Positions 18,689 to 28,398 of a stretch of DNA of 28,432 bases are shown here, piece after piece. Source of the DNA: a bacterium (lineage in GTDB: Bacteria; Zhuqueibacterota; Zhuqueibacteria; Oceanimicrobiales; Oceanimicrobiaceae). The position numbers were made by a program, and so were the translations under genes. The stretch covers positions 1 through 28,432 of the forward strand of contig JBHHXN010000056.1 of NCBI GenBank assembly GCA_046757025.1. Direction: 5' to 3'. The stretch's first letter is position 1. Every line of letters starts with the position of its first letter. Below the pieces are notes generated by a model that saw only the letters and a list, made by a program, of their open reading frames with translations, made no database searches and had not been told where the DNA came from.

Positions 18689-21046
18689 TTATTCCCCGGC
18701 AATTTCACTGAATTGCAAATTCAGAATGGGATATTTCGCTGCGGTTTGATAATTAAAATGCCACCACTCCCATTTGTAAACCGTAAATCCCTGTTCTTCC
18801 ATGGCGTCTCTGAGCAGCTCGCGATGCCAGCGCTGCTTGCTGGTACCGCCCGGGTAATCCGGATAAGCCCGCGCTGAAAATTCGTCGTAACCGCTGACCA
18901 TTTCCACCGGCCGGTCGGTTTTTAAATCATAAAGTGTGAGATCCACGGCCGCCCCGCGATTGTGAATGGAGCCTCTGGCCGGGTTGGCGACGAAGTGTTT
19001 TAAGTTCTCAGGAGTAGCGTCCCAGAACATTTTGGTCACGTACCAGGGCCGGTAAGCATCGTGAATAAGTAAACCGTAGCCTTGCTTTTTTAAATTTCGA
19101 TGCACCCGAATCAGCGCTTCCGCGGCCGGGCGCTGCATGAACGCTTTCGATTGATCGTAAAATACCGCGCTCATGAAATTATTGGTAGAAGCATATCGAA
19201 TATCGTATTTTATGCTCTGATCCAGAGTGGCTAATTCTACCAAATCGGGTGTTAAAAAATTTCCATCTTGTTTTGGTGGTGTGGCAGATAGAGCTGTTTG
19301 TCGTAATTTCTCCACGGATTTAACAGGTTTTATTCGAAACGTCGCATTTTCTGCTGTGCCCACTGCACGTCGTTTAAATACAACTTCTGCAGCTTTTACC
19401 TCGGTAGCCCGGCCTGAAGCATCACGTTTGAAGATGAGATTCTGGCCATGGTAAAGTCCATAATTGGGGAAGGCAAAGACATCCCTTGATATTTCGGTCA
19501 AAGGATAAAGAAAAAACCATTCGATAAGTGCATGTAATTGGCCGTTCTTTTCGAGAAGATACAAAATATTGTGATCCCAGCCATATTCGCCGATCAGACC
19601 GCGCCATTTTTCTGGCATGGCCTGGGGTTTGGTATTGGGCTGGCGCGTATAAACGTCTCCATCTACAATGAGTAGGTTTTCACCGGCTGGCATCAGCTTT
19701 GTCCCATAAGCCAGTCGATCATCGGTGATCAGCGTATCACGGAGGGTTTTTAGCTCAGAGCGAAAGCTGCCTTTCCAGAGAAACAGTTTGCCGTTTCGTT
19801 CTACAAGCTCAATTTGCTTTTCGCCATTTTTATATTTGCCATCAAGACGTCGAGCCAGTGCAGAGTCTACCGGGCTTGTGAATTGCATTTCTGGGATGGG
19901 TTCATTGCTGCGTACAGCCAACATCGATTTCAAGGCATGATTGGCGATGCGCCGCATAACGGTATTTGCCACGTCCATGGAGGTTACCACGACCACTCCA
20001 AGCTTTTCCTCAGGTAAGGCATAAAGTTGGGTGGCAAAGCCATAGATGGCTCCGCCGTGCCCTATTCTGCGATGGCCTTGCAGCGTAGAAATAGCGAAAC
20101 CAATACCGTATCCCTGCGCGGCGCCGGGCCTGGCAAATTGCGGTGTCCACATCTCTTCAAGCGTTTCGGGTTTGAGTATTTGTCCAGCTGCTCCCTGACC
20201 GCCGTTGAACAGGACACTCATGAACTGCCCCAGGTCCAGTACGGTGGAATACATGCTGCCGGCTGGGGACATGCCCATCTCAAAGGTTGGCGCAACAAAC
20301 TCCTGTCCAGCATAGGTCCACATAAAAGCTTTGGCTAATTTTTGTGTAATAGCAGGGGTGGGTTCAAAAGCACTGTTTCTCAATCCTAATGGTTTTAACA
20401 CGGCCTGCTGCAGATATTGAGCAAAGGGTTGATTTTGCGTGCGTTCAAGCACATATCCGACCGTACCAATGCCGGCGTTGGAATATTTGATTCGGCTTTC
20501 TGGCTTGAAAACTAACTTCGTTGAATTGAGACTTTGCACGGTCTGTGTTAAAGTTGGTTCCGTAGGGTCAAAGTAATTGCCAATCGGCGGTTCTCGAACC
20601 AGGCCCGCCCGATGCGACATGAGCTGCCTGAGTGTAATGGGTTTGTTAAATGGATTGCTGGGTTGAAAATCTGGCAAATAATTTGTAATGGGCGCATCCA
20701 AATCAAGTTCTCCACGCTCCACGAGCTGCATGATACCGATATCGGTGAACAGCTTGGACACGGACCCGACTCGGTACACGGTTTCCGCTGTAGCCGGTAT
20801 TTTTTTGTCTCGATCAGCGAAGCCAAATCCTCTCGCCCAGACGATTTCCTGATTATCTACCAGCGCAATAGAAACCGCAGGCAGTCCTTTGTCCTGCATT
20901 TCATGGGTGATGATGCGTTTGAGTTCCTGGGCAACTTCCACATAATCGGAACGTGGTGCAATGTTTTCAGTTTTAGGTTGACAACCCAGGAATAATAAAA
21001 CCTGAAACAAGCAAGACAGAATAATTAGTTTGGATCGAATTTTCAT
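18689..21046 (-). CDS. Lipoprotein: serine hydrolase (beta-lactamase class C-like) fused to a C-terminal M15D D-Ala-D-Ala dipeptidase (VanX/DdpX-like)
   Basis: Lipobox LFLGC, then SVSK (SxxK), YSN and HGG. C-terminal domain has DAYRP, SIHNRGAAVDLT and EWWHF. Confidence 0.9.
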   Translation of the reverse strand: MKIRSKLIILSCLFQVLLFLGCQPKTENIAPRSDYVEVAQELKRIITHEMQDKGLPAVSIALVDNQEIVWARGFGFADRDKKIPATAETVYRVGSVSKLFTDIGIMQLVERGELDLDAPITNYLPDFQPSNPFNKPITLRQLMSHRAGLVREPPIGNYFDPTEPTLTQTVQSLNSTKLVFKPESRIKYSNAGIGTVGYVLERTQNQPFAQYLQQAVLKPLGLRNSAFEPTPAITQKLAKAFMWTYAGQEFVAPTFEMGMSPAGSMYSTVLDLGQFMSVLFNGGQGAAGQILKPETLEEMWTPQFARPGAAQGYGIGFAISTLQGHRRIGHGGAIYGFATQLYALPEEKLGVVVVTSMDVANTVMRRIANHALKSMLAVRSNEPIPEMQFTSPVDSALARRLDGKYKNGEKQIELVERNGKLFLWKGSFRSELKTLRDTLITDDRLAYGTKLMPAGENLLIVDGDVYTRQPNTKPQAMPEKWRGLIGEYGWDHNILYLLEKNGQLHALIEWFFLYPLTEISRDVFAFPNYGLYHGQNLIFKRDASGRATEVKAAEVVFKRRAVGTAENATFRIKPVKSVEKLRQTALSATPPKQDGNFLTPDLVELATLDQSIKYDIRYASTNNFMSAVFYDQSKAFMQRPAAEALIRVHRNLKKQGYGLLIHDAYRPWYVTKMFWDATPENLKHFVANPARGSIHNRGAAVDLTLYDLKTDRPVEMVSGYDEFSARAYPDYPGGTSKQRWHRELLRDAMEEQGFTVYKWEWWHFNYQTAAKYPILNLQFSEIAGE

Positions 21047-21079
21047 ATTTGAACCTATGCTATTAAGTGAAATTCTACA

Positions 21080-23227
21080 TTATCTGGTGCTCATTTTTGC
21101 ACTCTTCAGTTGTTTGTCAAAAAAATCCGCCGTCGCGTGAAAAGCCCGCAGCCAGCTTTCATAGCGTAAAAATCCATGTACTTCATCCGGGAAGATCAGT
21201 GTTTCCACATGCACATCGCGTTCACGCAGCCGTTGCACCAAATCCGTGGTTTGTTGGAACAGCACGTTGCGGTCGTCGTCGCCATGAATAAAAAGAACCG
21301 GGGAACTCCAGTAGGTTAAATCGGCTACTGGTGAAGATTTGTAGGCCAGTTCCAGCAGCTCATCTCCCTGCAAACCCCAGCCGCCGCCGCGTGAAAAATC
21401 CGTGGCGCGGAAAGCCCAGTCATGCACCCCGTGTAGATCGACGCCGGCTTTGAATAAGTCCGAATCTCGCGCCAGGCCCATAGCGGTGAGATAACCGCCG
21501 TAAGAACCACCCCAGAGTCCAATTCGTTCAGGGTCTACTTCCGGTCGCTGCCACAGATACTGGCCGGCTGCGATGATATCGCGATATTCTGAAGCTCCGC
21601 GCGGCCCCTGATTTTGTGCGCGTCGGAAAGCACGTCCGTAGCCGATGCCTGAGCGATAATTCACAGACAGGACCACGTAACCTCGATTGGCAAGATATTG
21701 ATTCATGGCGTAAGAATTGCCGTAGTAACCGCGATAATGCCACCCCAGAAGCATCTGTCGAATGGGACCGCCGTGCATGAAAATCACTGCCGGTCTTCTC
21801 TCTCCTGCTTTGGCGTTCTTTGGAAGAAAAAGCTGGCTATGAATTTCCAATCCATCAGAAGCCTGGAAAATTACCTGCTGCGGTGTGACCAGCTCTTTTT
21901 GAGGAAAAGGTCCGGGTAATTGTTTTGGAAAAATGGTTTGCGGCGTACCACCACTTGAGGAGACGATTTTTATAGCTGGCGGATGATTAACGCCTGCGCC
22001 ACGATAAACCACATACTTGCCATTAGCCAGTACCACTGGATCGGTTTCAATACCCTGACCTTGAGTCACTTGAGTTAACTTACCCCCTTTTGTGGCAACC
22101 CTCCAAACATGCCTCCGGTCGATATCCCCTTGATTGCTGCTAAAATAGAGAACTTTTCCATCGATTGAAACCGCGCTGTGTTCGGTCTCGTTGTTTCCGG
22201 GGGTTAAATTAACCAATGTGCCGCCATCCGTAGATATGCTGTAAATATGCATCCAGTTTTCGTGCTCTGAATAAAACAACAGGCGGTTGTTTTGCGTCCA
22301 CCGCAGAGGCTCGGCCGGGTAGTACTGGGCGAACCCGCCATCGTCGGCAGGGGAACGCCAGATTTCCCTGGCTTTGCCGGTGGCTGCATCCGCAATCCAG
22401 ACAGCAAAGGGATTGCCGCCGGTTAAATTCCGTAGTTGATGCTTTTTTGCTCCGGGACTTCGAATGAAAGCAATTTGCTTGCCGTTGGGTGACCAGACCG
22501 GAAAATTGTCTCGATCTACACTGGGAGCCAGCCAGCGGATTTTAAGCGCCTGGCGATCATAAATTCCGATGAAACTGTGGTCGCCGCGGGCGCTTACAAA
22601 TGCAATCTGAGTGCCATCTGGAGACCATCGTGGTCTGCCATTCCTGCCCCTAACTTTAAAAAGCTGCTTTGACTCATATTTTGTGCCATCGCTTGTGTCG
22701 GGTGGAACCGTAGCAATTTCAAATATTTGTCCATTGCGTGAAAAAAGAACGTCTTTGCCATCCGGTGAAAGCACTGGACGACTCCCTGTGGCTAATTTCC
22801 ACGGCTCACCGCCATCGACCCGGACCGCCCAGATGGCTTGCTCCGCGCCGTCTGGATTGCTGGTGGGATTGGGGTGCTCGCCAACTCGATTCGCGCTGCC
22901 GCCATGGACATAAACCACCATTGCCCCATCCGGAGTCAAACGCAGGCTACCCAGACTTTGGCCATCATCTTCGGAGTAGGTGGTCAATTGCCTGGGTTGA
23001 AAATCTGGCGCGGCCGCGGTCCAGATATTACGCATTCCACGTTCATTTACGACCCAGGCGATGCGGTCTGCCTTTGATGCCGCCACAAGATTGGTTGGAT
23101 AGGGGACGCTGAGAATATCTTCCAGCTTGAATGATTGTGAAAATATCCTTATGGGTGTGGTGAATAGAACAATTTGAAAAAGGATAATAAAATAATAAAT
23201 TTTTTCAGTACATGATTTGGATCTCAT
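21080..23227 (-). CDS. S9 prolyl oligopeptidase family peptidase with PD40/TolB-like repeats
   Basis: PRWSPDG and PVWSPNG repeats, HGGP, GGSYGG nucleophile, HGDDDRNV and DEVHGF. GGAGG RBS upstream. Confidence 0.94.
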   Translation of the reverse strand: MRSKSCTEKIYYFIILFQIVLFTTPIRIFSQSFKLEDILSVPYPTNLVAASKADRIAWVVNERGMRNIWTAAAPDFQPRQLTTYSEDDGQSLGSLRLTPDGAMVVYVHGGSANRVGEHPNPTSNPDGAEQAIWAVRVDGGEPWKLATGSRPVLSPDGKDVLFSRNGQIFEIATVPPDTSDGTKYESKQLFKVRGRNGRPRWSPDGTQIAFVSARGDHSFIGIYDRQALKIRWLAPSVDRDNFPVWSPNGKQIAFIRSPGAKKHQLRNLTGGNPFAVWIADAATGKAREIWRSPADDGGFAQYYPAEPLRWTQNNRLLFYSEHENWMHIYSISTDGGTLVNLTPGNNETEHSAVSIDGKVLYFSSNQGDIDRRHVWRVATKGGKLTQVTQGQGIETDPVVLANGKYVVYRGAGVNHPPAIKIVSSSGGTPQTIFPKQLPGPFPQKELVTPQQVIFQASDGLEIHSQLFLPKNAKAGERRPAVIFMHGGPIRQMLLGWHYRGYYGNSYAMNQYLANRGYVVLSVNYRSGIGYGRAFRRAQNQGPRGASEYRDIIAAGQYLWQRPEVDPERIGLWGGSYGGYLTAMGLARDSDLFKAGVDLHGVHDWAFRATDFSRGGGWGLQGDELLELAYKSSPVADLTYWSSPVLFIHGDDDRNVLFQQTTDLVQRLRERDVHVETLIFPDEVHGFLRYESWLRAFHATADFFDKQLKSAKMSTR

Positions 23228-23345
23228 TTTACTCCTCCTCTAAAATTAGAACGTATTGTCAAATGATGATCATGTATTAAATCACTTAGAACTCTGCACA
23301 ATTCTAACTCTCTTATCCGAACCCCAAGAGAAGACTGACTATTTT

Positions 23346-23370
23346 CCCCCTTGATGGGGAATCAAAGGGA
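23346..23370. repeat. REP-like short palindrome
   Basis: cccccttgatggggaatcaaaggga, a C-run/G-run hairpin. Only one copy in the window. Confidence 0.3.
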
Positions 23371-23408
23371 GTGTTGATAGCCAGTAAAAGCTACCAAATT
23401 TCACAAAT

Positions 23409-23643
23409 CCTAGCGCGGCGGAGCCGCAAATGTTTAAATGACTTGCTTTGTTGTGGTCCAAACCATGGTGCTATTATCAGCCGTCATTAAGCCTCGCTGT
23501 CATTGACAGAGGTGAATTATTGCTGCTGTCTAAAATGACGCCAAAGGCAAATGACCTGATGACTTTATGACGGGTCGTGTCATTCACTTCGCGTCATTTA
23601 GCCATTTTCTTGTAAAAAAATGCAAAAGTTCAGAAGTAATACT
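23409..23643. mobile_element. 234-bp non-autonomous element, copy 2 (inverted relative to copy 1, intergenic)
   Basis: cctagcgcggcggagccgcaaa...gttcagaagtaatact matches the reverse complement of 8836-9070. The shared flank (t)ataaa extends to 23648. Confidence 0.9.
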
Positions 23644-23751
23644 ATAAAAAAACTTTCATGTTGAAATTTCAACGCCACTTTTTCACACTACTCTTGCAAT
23701 TATGAATCGAACAACCCTAACTGACCTATTGAATGCTGGTTGATTTTCACG

Positions 23752-24807
23752 TCATTCCTGATGTTTTTTCAATTCATTCAACTGTTTTTCGAAATGGCCG
23801 ATGGCGGTGCCGGCTTGTGCCTGGTTTTCCAGCCATTGTCGGTGTTCTAGAGAAAGCTGCTCGTGTACGGCTTCCACAAAATTTGCCAGCGTGTCCAGAT
23901 TGCCCTGGGCTACCTGTGTTCTGACATCGTCCAGCCGGCCTCTTAAATGCCGCAGAACGGATGCCGTGCGCTGGTATCTTTCGGCGTTGCGGCTGTCCTG
24001 ATTGAGCGCTTCGGTATTGGATATTTTAGTGACAAAGGCTTTGGCCACGATGCTGATGGCCGCGACGGCGGTCAGTTTGATGCTCATCGTGCTGCCTAAA
24101 TATCCGCTGGCACCGTTGGCCAAGGCCGCCACGCCCATGGCGAGGGAGCTAAAAAGCAGGGCTTTCTGGGCGCTTGAGTCGTGTTGTCCACCGCGAGTGG
24201 TGTAAAAAGTTTTCTGCACATCCAACTGGAAACGCCGAAAATATTCTAATTGCAGCAGCGGTACCGGCGCCGAAGTATTTGCGGGTAATTCCGATTGCGG
24301 ACTGGTAACGAGTTTGAAATATTTCAACCGCCGCATCTCGGCTTCGGCGCGATTTTGCATCCATTTTTCTAACAATCGGCCCGAGCGGATCAGGTTGAGC
24401 AGGCTGCTGGCGCTGGCGCCAAAAAAGATACCGCCCAGGGCAAAGATTGCAGTGAGGGCTCTGGAACTGCCGGTTAAAACCGGGTTGTCGCCACCGCTGA
24501 CTGCGGCGCCTTCGGCCAGAATGCTGATGACGAGTACCCCCGCCGCACAAATTGCCGAACCGATGATGGTCCAGCTCGTCCAACGGGAAAGGGATTTAAA
24601 TTTGTTCTGCGCTGCTATGGCAAGCTGGTCCCATTTTTTGTACTCTTCGGCCACTGCCTGTACCTTGGATTTTTTGAGAATTTCACAGATCTCCGGCGCC
24701 GTTTGTTCGAATTCTCCAACGTGTGCCGTGGGATCGATTTTGTAATCATCGTTCGTGTTTTCACCGATGACCTGAATGGCTAATTCAATGTTTTTTTTAA
24801 AACTCAT
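23752..24807 (-). CDS. Tandem SLATT/DUF4231-like membrane effector (2 x 2TM)
   Basis: D..AIAAQ..F, two TM helices and WMQNRAEAE, then YFRRFQLDVQKTFY, two TM helices, ERYQRTA and EQLSLEHRQW. Start moved to the ATG at 24807, which follows an AGAGGAG RBS. Confidence 0.7.
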   Translation of the reverse strand: MSFKKNIELAIQVIGENTNDDYKIDPTAHVGEFEQTAPEICEILKKSKVQAVAEEYKKWDQLAIAAQNKFKSLSRWTSWTIIGSAICAAGVLVISILAEGAAVSGGDNPVLTGSSRALTAIFALGGIFFGASASSLLNLIRSGRLLEKWMQNRAEAEMRRLKYFKLVTSPQSELPANTSAPVPLLQLEYFRRFQLDVQKTFYTTRGGQHDSSAQKALLFSSLAMGVAALANGASGYLGSTMSIKLTAVAAISIVAKAFVTKISNTEALNQDSRNAERYQRTASVLRHLRGRLDDVRTQVAQGNLDTLANFVEAVHEQLSLEHRQWLENQAQAGTAIGHFEKQLNELKKHQE

Positions 24808-24914
24808 TTTGCTCCTCTCTCTATGAACAATTTTGATTTTCCTCAGATCAAGCAAATTCAGTTTTTGGGAGCCACAATTCAAGTGCAGTATTAGAGTGTG
24901 GTGTTCACGCTGTC

Positions 24915-25094
24915 GAGACTGTGTAAAAAGTCAACTTCTAGACTTTTGTCATTCCCCGCCTAGCGGGACAGGCAGGAGGAATCTTTTTCGTTTGGAAGGA
25001 AAGGGCTGTTTTCTTAAAAAGATCCCGCGGTTGCGGGATGACAATAATGGCGTATTGGGTTTTTAACCGCGATGTCACTTTTTCACACAGTTTG
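24915..25094. mobile_element. MITE-like element family C, copy 2 (about 180 bp), carrying a REP-like inverted pair
   Basis: TIRs gagactgtgtaaaaagt / actttttcacacagtttg. Interior holds tgtcattcccc...gaatct and agatcccgcggttgcgggatgaca. Confidence 0.68.
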
Positions 25095-25190
25095 TACAGC
25101 TTTAACACCCAAATTCCAATTGATGATGAATGGCTTAGAAAGGTTTTCACATGGTTGTCGAAATTCCGATAAAAATATGTTTGTGAGCCC

Positions 25191-26426
25191 TTACCTGGGA
25201 AACGCGTGCAATCGCAGCAGCTCAGCCATTATTTTGGGCAGGTCGGTGTTGTCTTTCAAGCCGGTAAAGCGCATGGCCTGCGGCCCGAAAGCAAACAACG
25301 GCACGGGCTGCGCCGTGTGGTCGTCGGTGACCCAGGTAAACTCCATGTGTTTGCTTTTTCGCGACCCTTTGACGATATTCAAACCGCCGGTTTCGTGATC
25401 CGCGGTGACGATCACCAGAGTTTGCCGATCCTGCATGGCGAAATCCAGCCCCATCTTGACGGCGTCATCGAATTGCTTAAGGTAGTGCAGAATATAGTCC
25501 GCTCGGTTGACGTGGCTGCCGCTGTCCGCGCCTTCTTCTTCCACCATCAAAAAAAAGCCGTTTTCCCGGCGACTTAAAAGGGCTATGGCTTTCTGGGTGA
25601 GTTCGGCCAGGGACGGCGTGCTGGTTGCGGTTTCTAATTGAACCTCGTAACGGTCGCGGGTGATATTTGAGAACAGACCTAACAAATAATCGGCTGAGGT
25701 ATTTTTCAATTCCGTTTCGTTGTCGACGAACATGTAGCCGGCGTTTTTTGCTTGCGCCACTACGTCAATGTCGTCGTCGCGTTTGCTGGCGGCATGCGTT
25801 TGCGGAAAAAAGTAAGAGCCCTCTCCCAGCAGAACGTTCACTTTCGAGTCGATGAGCTGCAGGGCGATTTCGTCGTGACTTTTGCGAGTCCGAACGTGAC
25901 TGGCAAAGGCTGCCGGTGTGGCGTCCGTCAGTTCAGTGCTGGTTACCAGACCCGTCCACAAGCCGGCATCTCTGGCCGCTTCCAGGATGGTCATGCGACT
26001 GACGTCATCGGCGTCCATGCTGATGCGCTTGCTTTTGGTTTTAACTCCCGTTGCCAGCGCCGTGGCGCTGGCAGCGGAATCGGTGATGAGGTCGTCTATA
26101 GTATGCGTGTTGACGAAGCCGGTTACCGGCATGCGTTCGATATGCAGTTTGCCGTCTGGCCCAAAATAATGTAATCGCGTGGCGGCCAGATGGCTGATGC
26201 CCATGCCGTCGGCGATGAACAGAATGATGTTTTTAACTTCCGCATCTGGCATGAAAGGATAGTTTGGAAGTTCCTGCGACGGCGACTGTAAAGTAATCGT
26301 GTGGCCCGGATCGTAGAATACCAAACTGATGTTGTAAAAATTGATCAGAATGAGAATGACGGCTGTGAGCAGCAGCAAACTGCTGCTCAGAAGTAGCAAA
26401 ATTTTGAATATCCAGTTTGATTTCAT
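25191..26426 (-). CDS. phoA: Alkaline phosphatase (PhoA-type) with N-terminal membrane anchor or signal
   Basis: NIILFIADGMG, TDSAASATA (catalytic Ser), DATPAAF, FFLMVE..D..SH, TADHETGG and HTAQPVP motifs. Confidence 0.9.
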   Translation of the reverse strand: MKSNWIFKILLLLSSSLLLLTAVILILINFYNISLVFYDPGHTITLQSPSQELPNYPFMPDAEVKNIILFIADGMGISHLAATRLHYFGPDGKLHIERMPVTGFVNTHTIDDLITDSAASATALATGVKTKSKRISMDADDVSRMTILEAARDAGLWTGLVTSTELTDATPAAFASHVRTRKSHDEIALQLIDSKVNVLLGEGSYFFPQTHAASKRDDDIDVVAQAKNAGYMFVDNETELKNTSADYLLGLFSNITRDRYEVQLETATSTPSLAELTQKAIALLSRRENGFFLMVEEEGADSGSHVNRADYILHYLKQFDDAVKMGLDFAMQDRQTLVIVTADHETGGLNIVKGSRKSKHMEFTWVTDDHTAQPVPLFAFGPQAMRFTGLKDNTDLPKIMAELLRLHAFPR

Positions 26427-26428
26427 GA

Positions 26429-26857
26429 TCAGACGCGGTAAGTGTCCTCTTTCCAGTTTTTGATAGCTTTTTTGATATCGTCTTCCGACAGGTTTTCGGC
26501 CACGGCTTTCTTTTCCAGCTCCGGGTACTCCTCATCCGAAGCAAAGCGCAAACCGATGATCTGGCGCATGGTGAGATTGGGATGCAAAAGTTTGCCAGTC
26601 ATCACATAGTGACGCAAGTTTTCTTCCGCACGAATGGCACGGTCCTGCGCTTTTAAAGGAAACGTTCTTACAAACACAAACATGATGAAGATCGCGATGT
26701 TCATCACAAAAATTAATGAAGCGCTATACAAGCCGTCCGTACCGAATGACTTGAATAAATTGACACCCGAACCGATCATGCTCAGGAAGATAATTCCGAA
26801 CAATAGAAAATGATACATGGGTACGATTCTACTGTGGTTCGAATAATTTTGCGGCAT
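26429..26857 (-). CDS. DUF6526-like small membrane protein
   Basis: QNYSNH, YHF, QDRAIRAEENLR, QIIGLRFASDEE and IKKAIKNW..D..RV. Ends 2 bp upstream of the phosphatase. Confidence 0.75.
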   Translation of the reverse strand: MPQNYSNHSRIVPMYHFLLFGIIFLSMIGSGVNLFKSFGTDGLYSASLIFVMNIAIFIMFVFVRTFPLKAQDRAIRAEENLRHYVMTGKLLHPNLTMRQIIGLRFASDEEYPELEKKAVAENLSEDDIKKAIKNWKEDTYRV

Positions 26858-27063
26858 ATTTCCCTCCTGTGTTTAGTTAATTTTGGGGCAATGTAATTAT
26901 TTTACCTTTAATGTGCAACCGAATAATTGTAATGCCCGGAGGGATCTCGCGGGTGTGTGGAAAGGCTGCAAACGTCGTTTCGCATGGTGTCGTTGGGGCT
27001 GCCCAGGAAGCCGCTTGTGAATGTCATACTGAAGAGCCCTTGTTTTGTGAACCGACAAACTAG

Positions 27064-27351
27064 CTACGATTCTTTTTCGGGTTGGCTTTCAACCCACAAA
27101 TAGCGTGCATTGCGATATTTGGCTTTCTCATCCAGGGTGCGCTTGAGCAGGTCGATCTTGGCGTCCAGGAAATAGAGATAGTACAGAATGACCGCCAGCA
27201 CCGCCAGGGGGGCGCTGATTAAATCTTTCGTCAACCATTTGCCGACCATGACCGCGATAAAAAAGGTTATGGCCGCCGATAGAATCGGTTTGATGTAAAG
27301 ATCGAAGATCAGGGCGCGATTAAAATTGTTTTGCCAGCGATTTTTTTTCAT
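27064..27351 (-). CDS. Hypothetical 2-TM membrane protein
   Basis: ATGA overlap with the anti-sigma stop codon and two hydrophobic segments. Confidence 0.6.
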   Translation of the reverse strand: MKKNRWQNNFNRALIFDLYIKPILSAAITFFIAVMVGKWLTKDLISAPLAVLAVILYYLYFLDAKIDLLKRTLDEKAKYRNARYLWVESQPEKES

Positions 27352-27839
27352 GATAAATTTCTCCTTATTTTTGAAATGGTATCTTCAAATATAATTTGTT
27401 TGATTAAATAACTCAGAAAAACCAGCATTAGGGCGCAACCGTAGGTCATTAAAATATTATGCGGCAAATCGGTGTCGAAGGCATTCATAGAAGCGGATGC
27501 AAGAAAGCGGGCCATGCCGGCCATCAACAGAGAGAAAACCAGCACCGTTGGCAGCCGCCACTTTGAAGTCATGATGTGCAAGGACATTTTGTGCGGCCAG
27601 TCGAGGGTTTGCAGAGACGTTTTCCGGGCTAATTTGGCCGAAAAGCGGAGGTCGAAGCCCGGCGGCAGCGGTTTACTGGGTAACGTGTTTAAAGCCGAAT
27701 TTACTTTCAGCAGCGGATTGAATTGTTGCGAACACGCGCGGCACTCGCTCAAATGCTGATTCAGGAGGCGGCTTTCTCCTGCTGTCAATTCTCCCACAAG
27801 CTGCTTTGCAACAAGCGATTTTACTTCAATGCATTTCAT
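27348..27839 (-). CDS. Zinc-binding anti-sigma factor (zf-HC2/ZAS) with two TM helices
   Basis: True start is likely MKCIEVKS at 27839 (AGGA RBS). HLSECRAC matches HxxxCxxC. Immediately follows the ECF sigma gene. Confidence 0.82.
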   Translation of the reverse strand: MKCIEVKSLVAKQLVGELTAGESRLLNQHLSECRACSQQFNPLLKVNSALNTLPSKPLPPGFDLRFSAKLARKTSLQTLDWPHKMSLHIMTSKWRLPTVLVFSLLMAGMARFLASASMNAFDTDLPHNILMTYGCALMLVFLSYLIKQIIFEDTISKIRRNLS

Positions 27840-27861
27840 AACACTTCCTGCATTTTTATAT

Positions 27862-28398
27862 TTAATCGTTTGAAAAATATTTCCTGAGCATTTGCATACC
27901 GCGATAAATGCGTTGCTTGACGTTGGTTTCACTGATCCCGAGAATTTTTGTACAGTTTGCAATGGAAAACCCCTGTAGTTTCGTCAAGATGATCGGCAGG
28001 CGATGTTTTTCCTGTAATCGCGACAACGCGTGCTCCAGGCTGATTTTATCGAGAACGGCCGCACTCGGATTGTCTGGATCGTGAATGCTTTCCTCCCATT
28101 GGCGACTCTCTCTCTGCAGGATCAAGCTTCGCCATTTGCGGTTGCGTTTGATTCGGCAGCAGCGGTGATAGGCAATGGTAAAAAGCCAGGCTTTAAACTG
28201 CCCCTTATTTTCGCTAAATTGTTCGAGGTGTTCGTAAACCGATAAAAATACCTCATGAGCTGCATCTTCGGCTAATTCCGAATTTTGAAGAAAACGAAAA
28301 GCAAAATTGTAAATACTTTGTTTATGGCGGTTGTAAATCGTCGTAAACGCCTTCTCATCGCCGCCAGCCGCTAATTTTACGAGTGATTCATCGGTCAT
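27862..28398 (-). CDS. ECF RNA polymerase sigma-70 factor
   Basis: TDESLV...GDEKAF, AEDAAHEVFL, FKAWLFTIA (region 2) and ILGISETNVKQRIYRG (region 4). Confidence 0.93.
   Translation of the reverse strand: MTDESLVKLAAGGDEKAFTTIYNRHKQSIYNFAFRFLQNSELAEDAAHEVFLSVYEHLEQFSENKGQFKAWLFTIAYHRCCRIKRNRKWRSLILQRESRQWEESIHDPDNPSAAVLDKISLEHALSRLQEKHRLPIILTKLQGFSIANCTKILGISETNVKQRIYRGMQMLRKYFSND

Noticed and set aside
8836..23643. Composite transposon carrying the 14-kb interval
   Set aside because: The interrupted gene continues on both sides of copy 1, so the interval is native. There is no transposase and no outer TSD.
24938..25150. 70-aa ORF across the family C element
   Set aside because: It is derived almost entirely from repeat sequence.
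27840..27962. N-terminal extension of the anti-sigma ORF
   Set aside because: It overlaps the sigma gene by about 100 bp, and a better start with an RBS lies at 27839.
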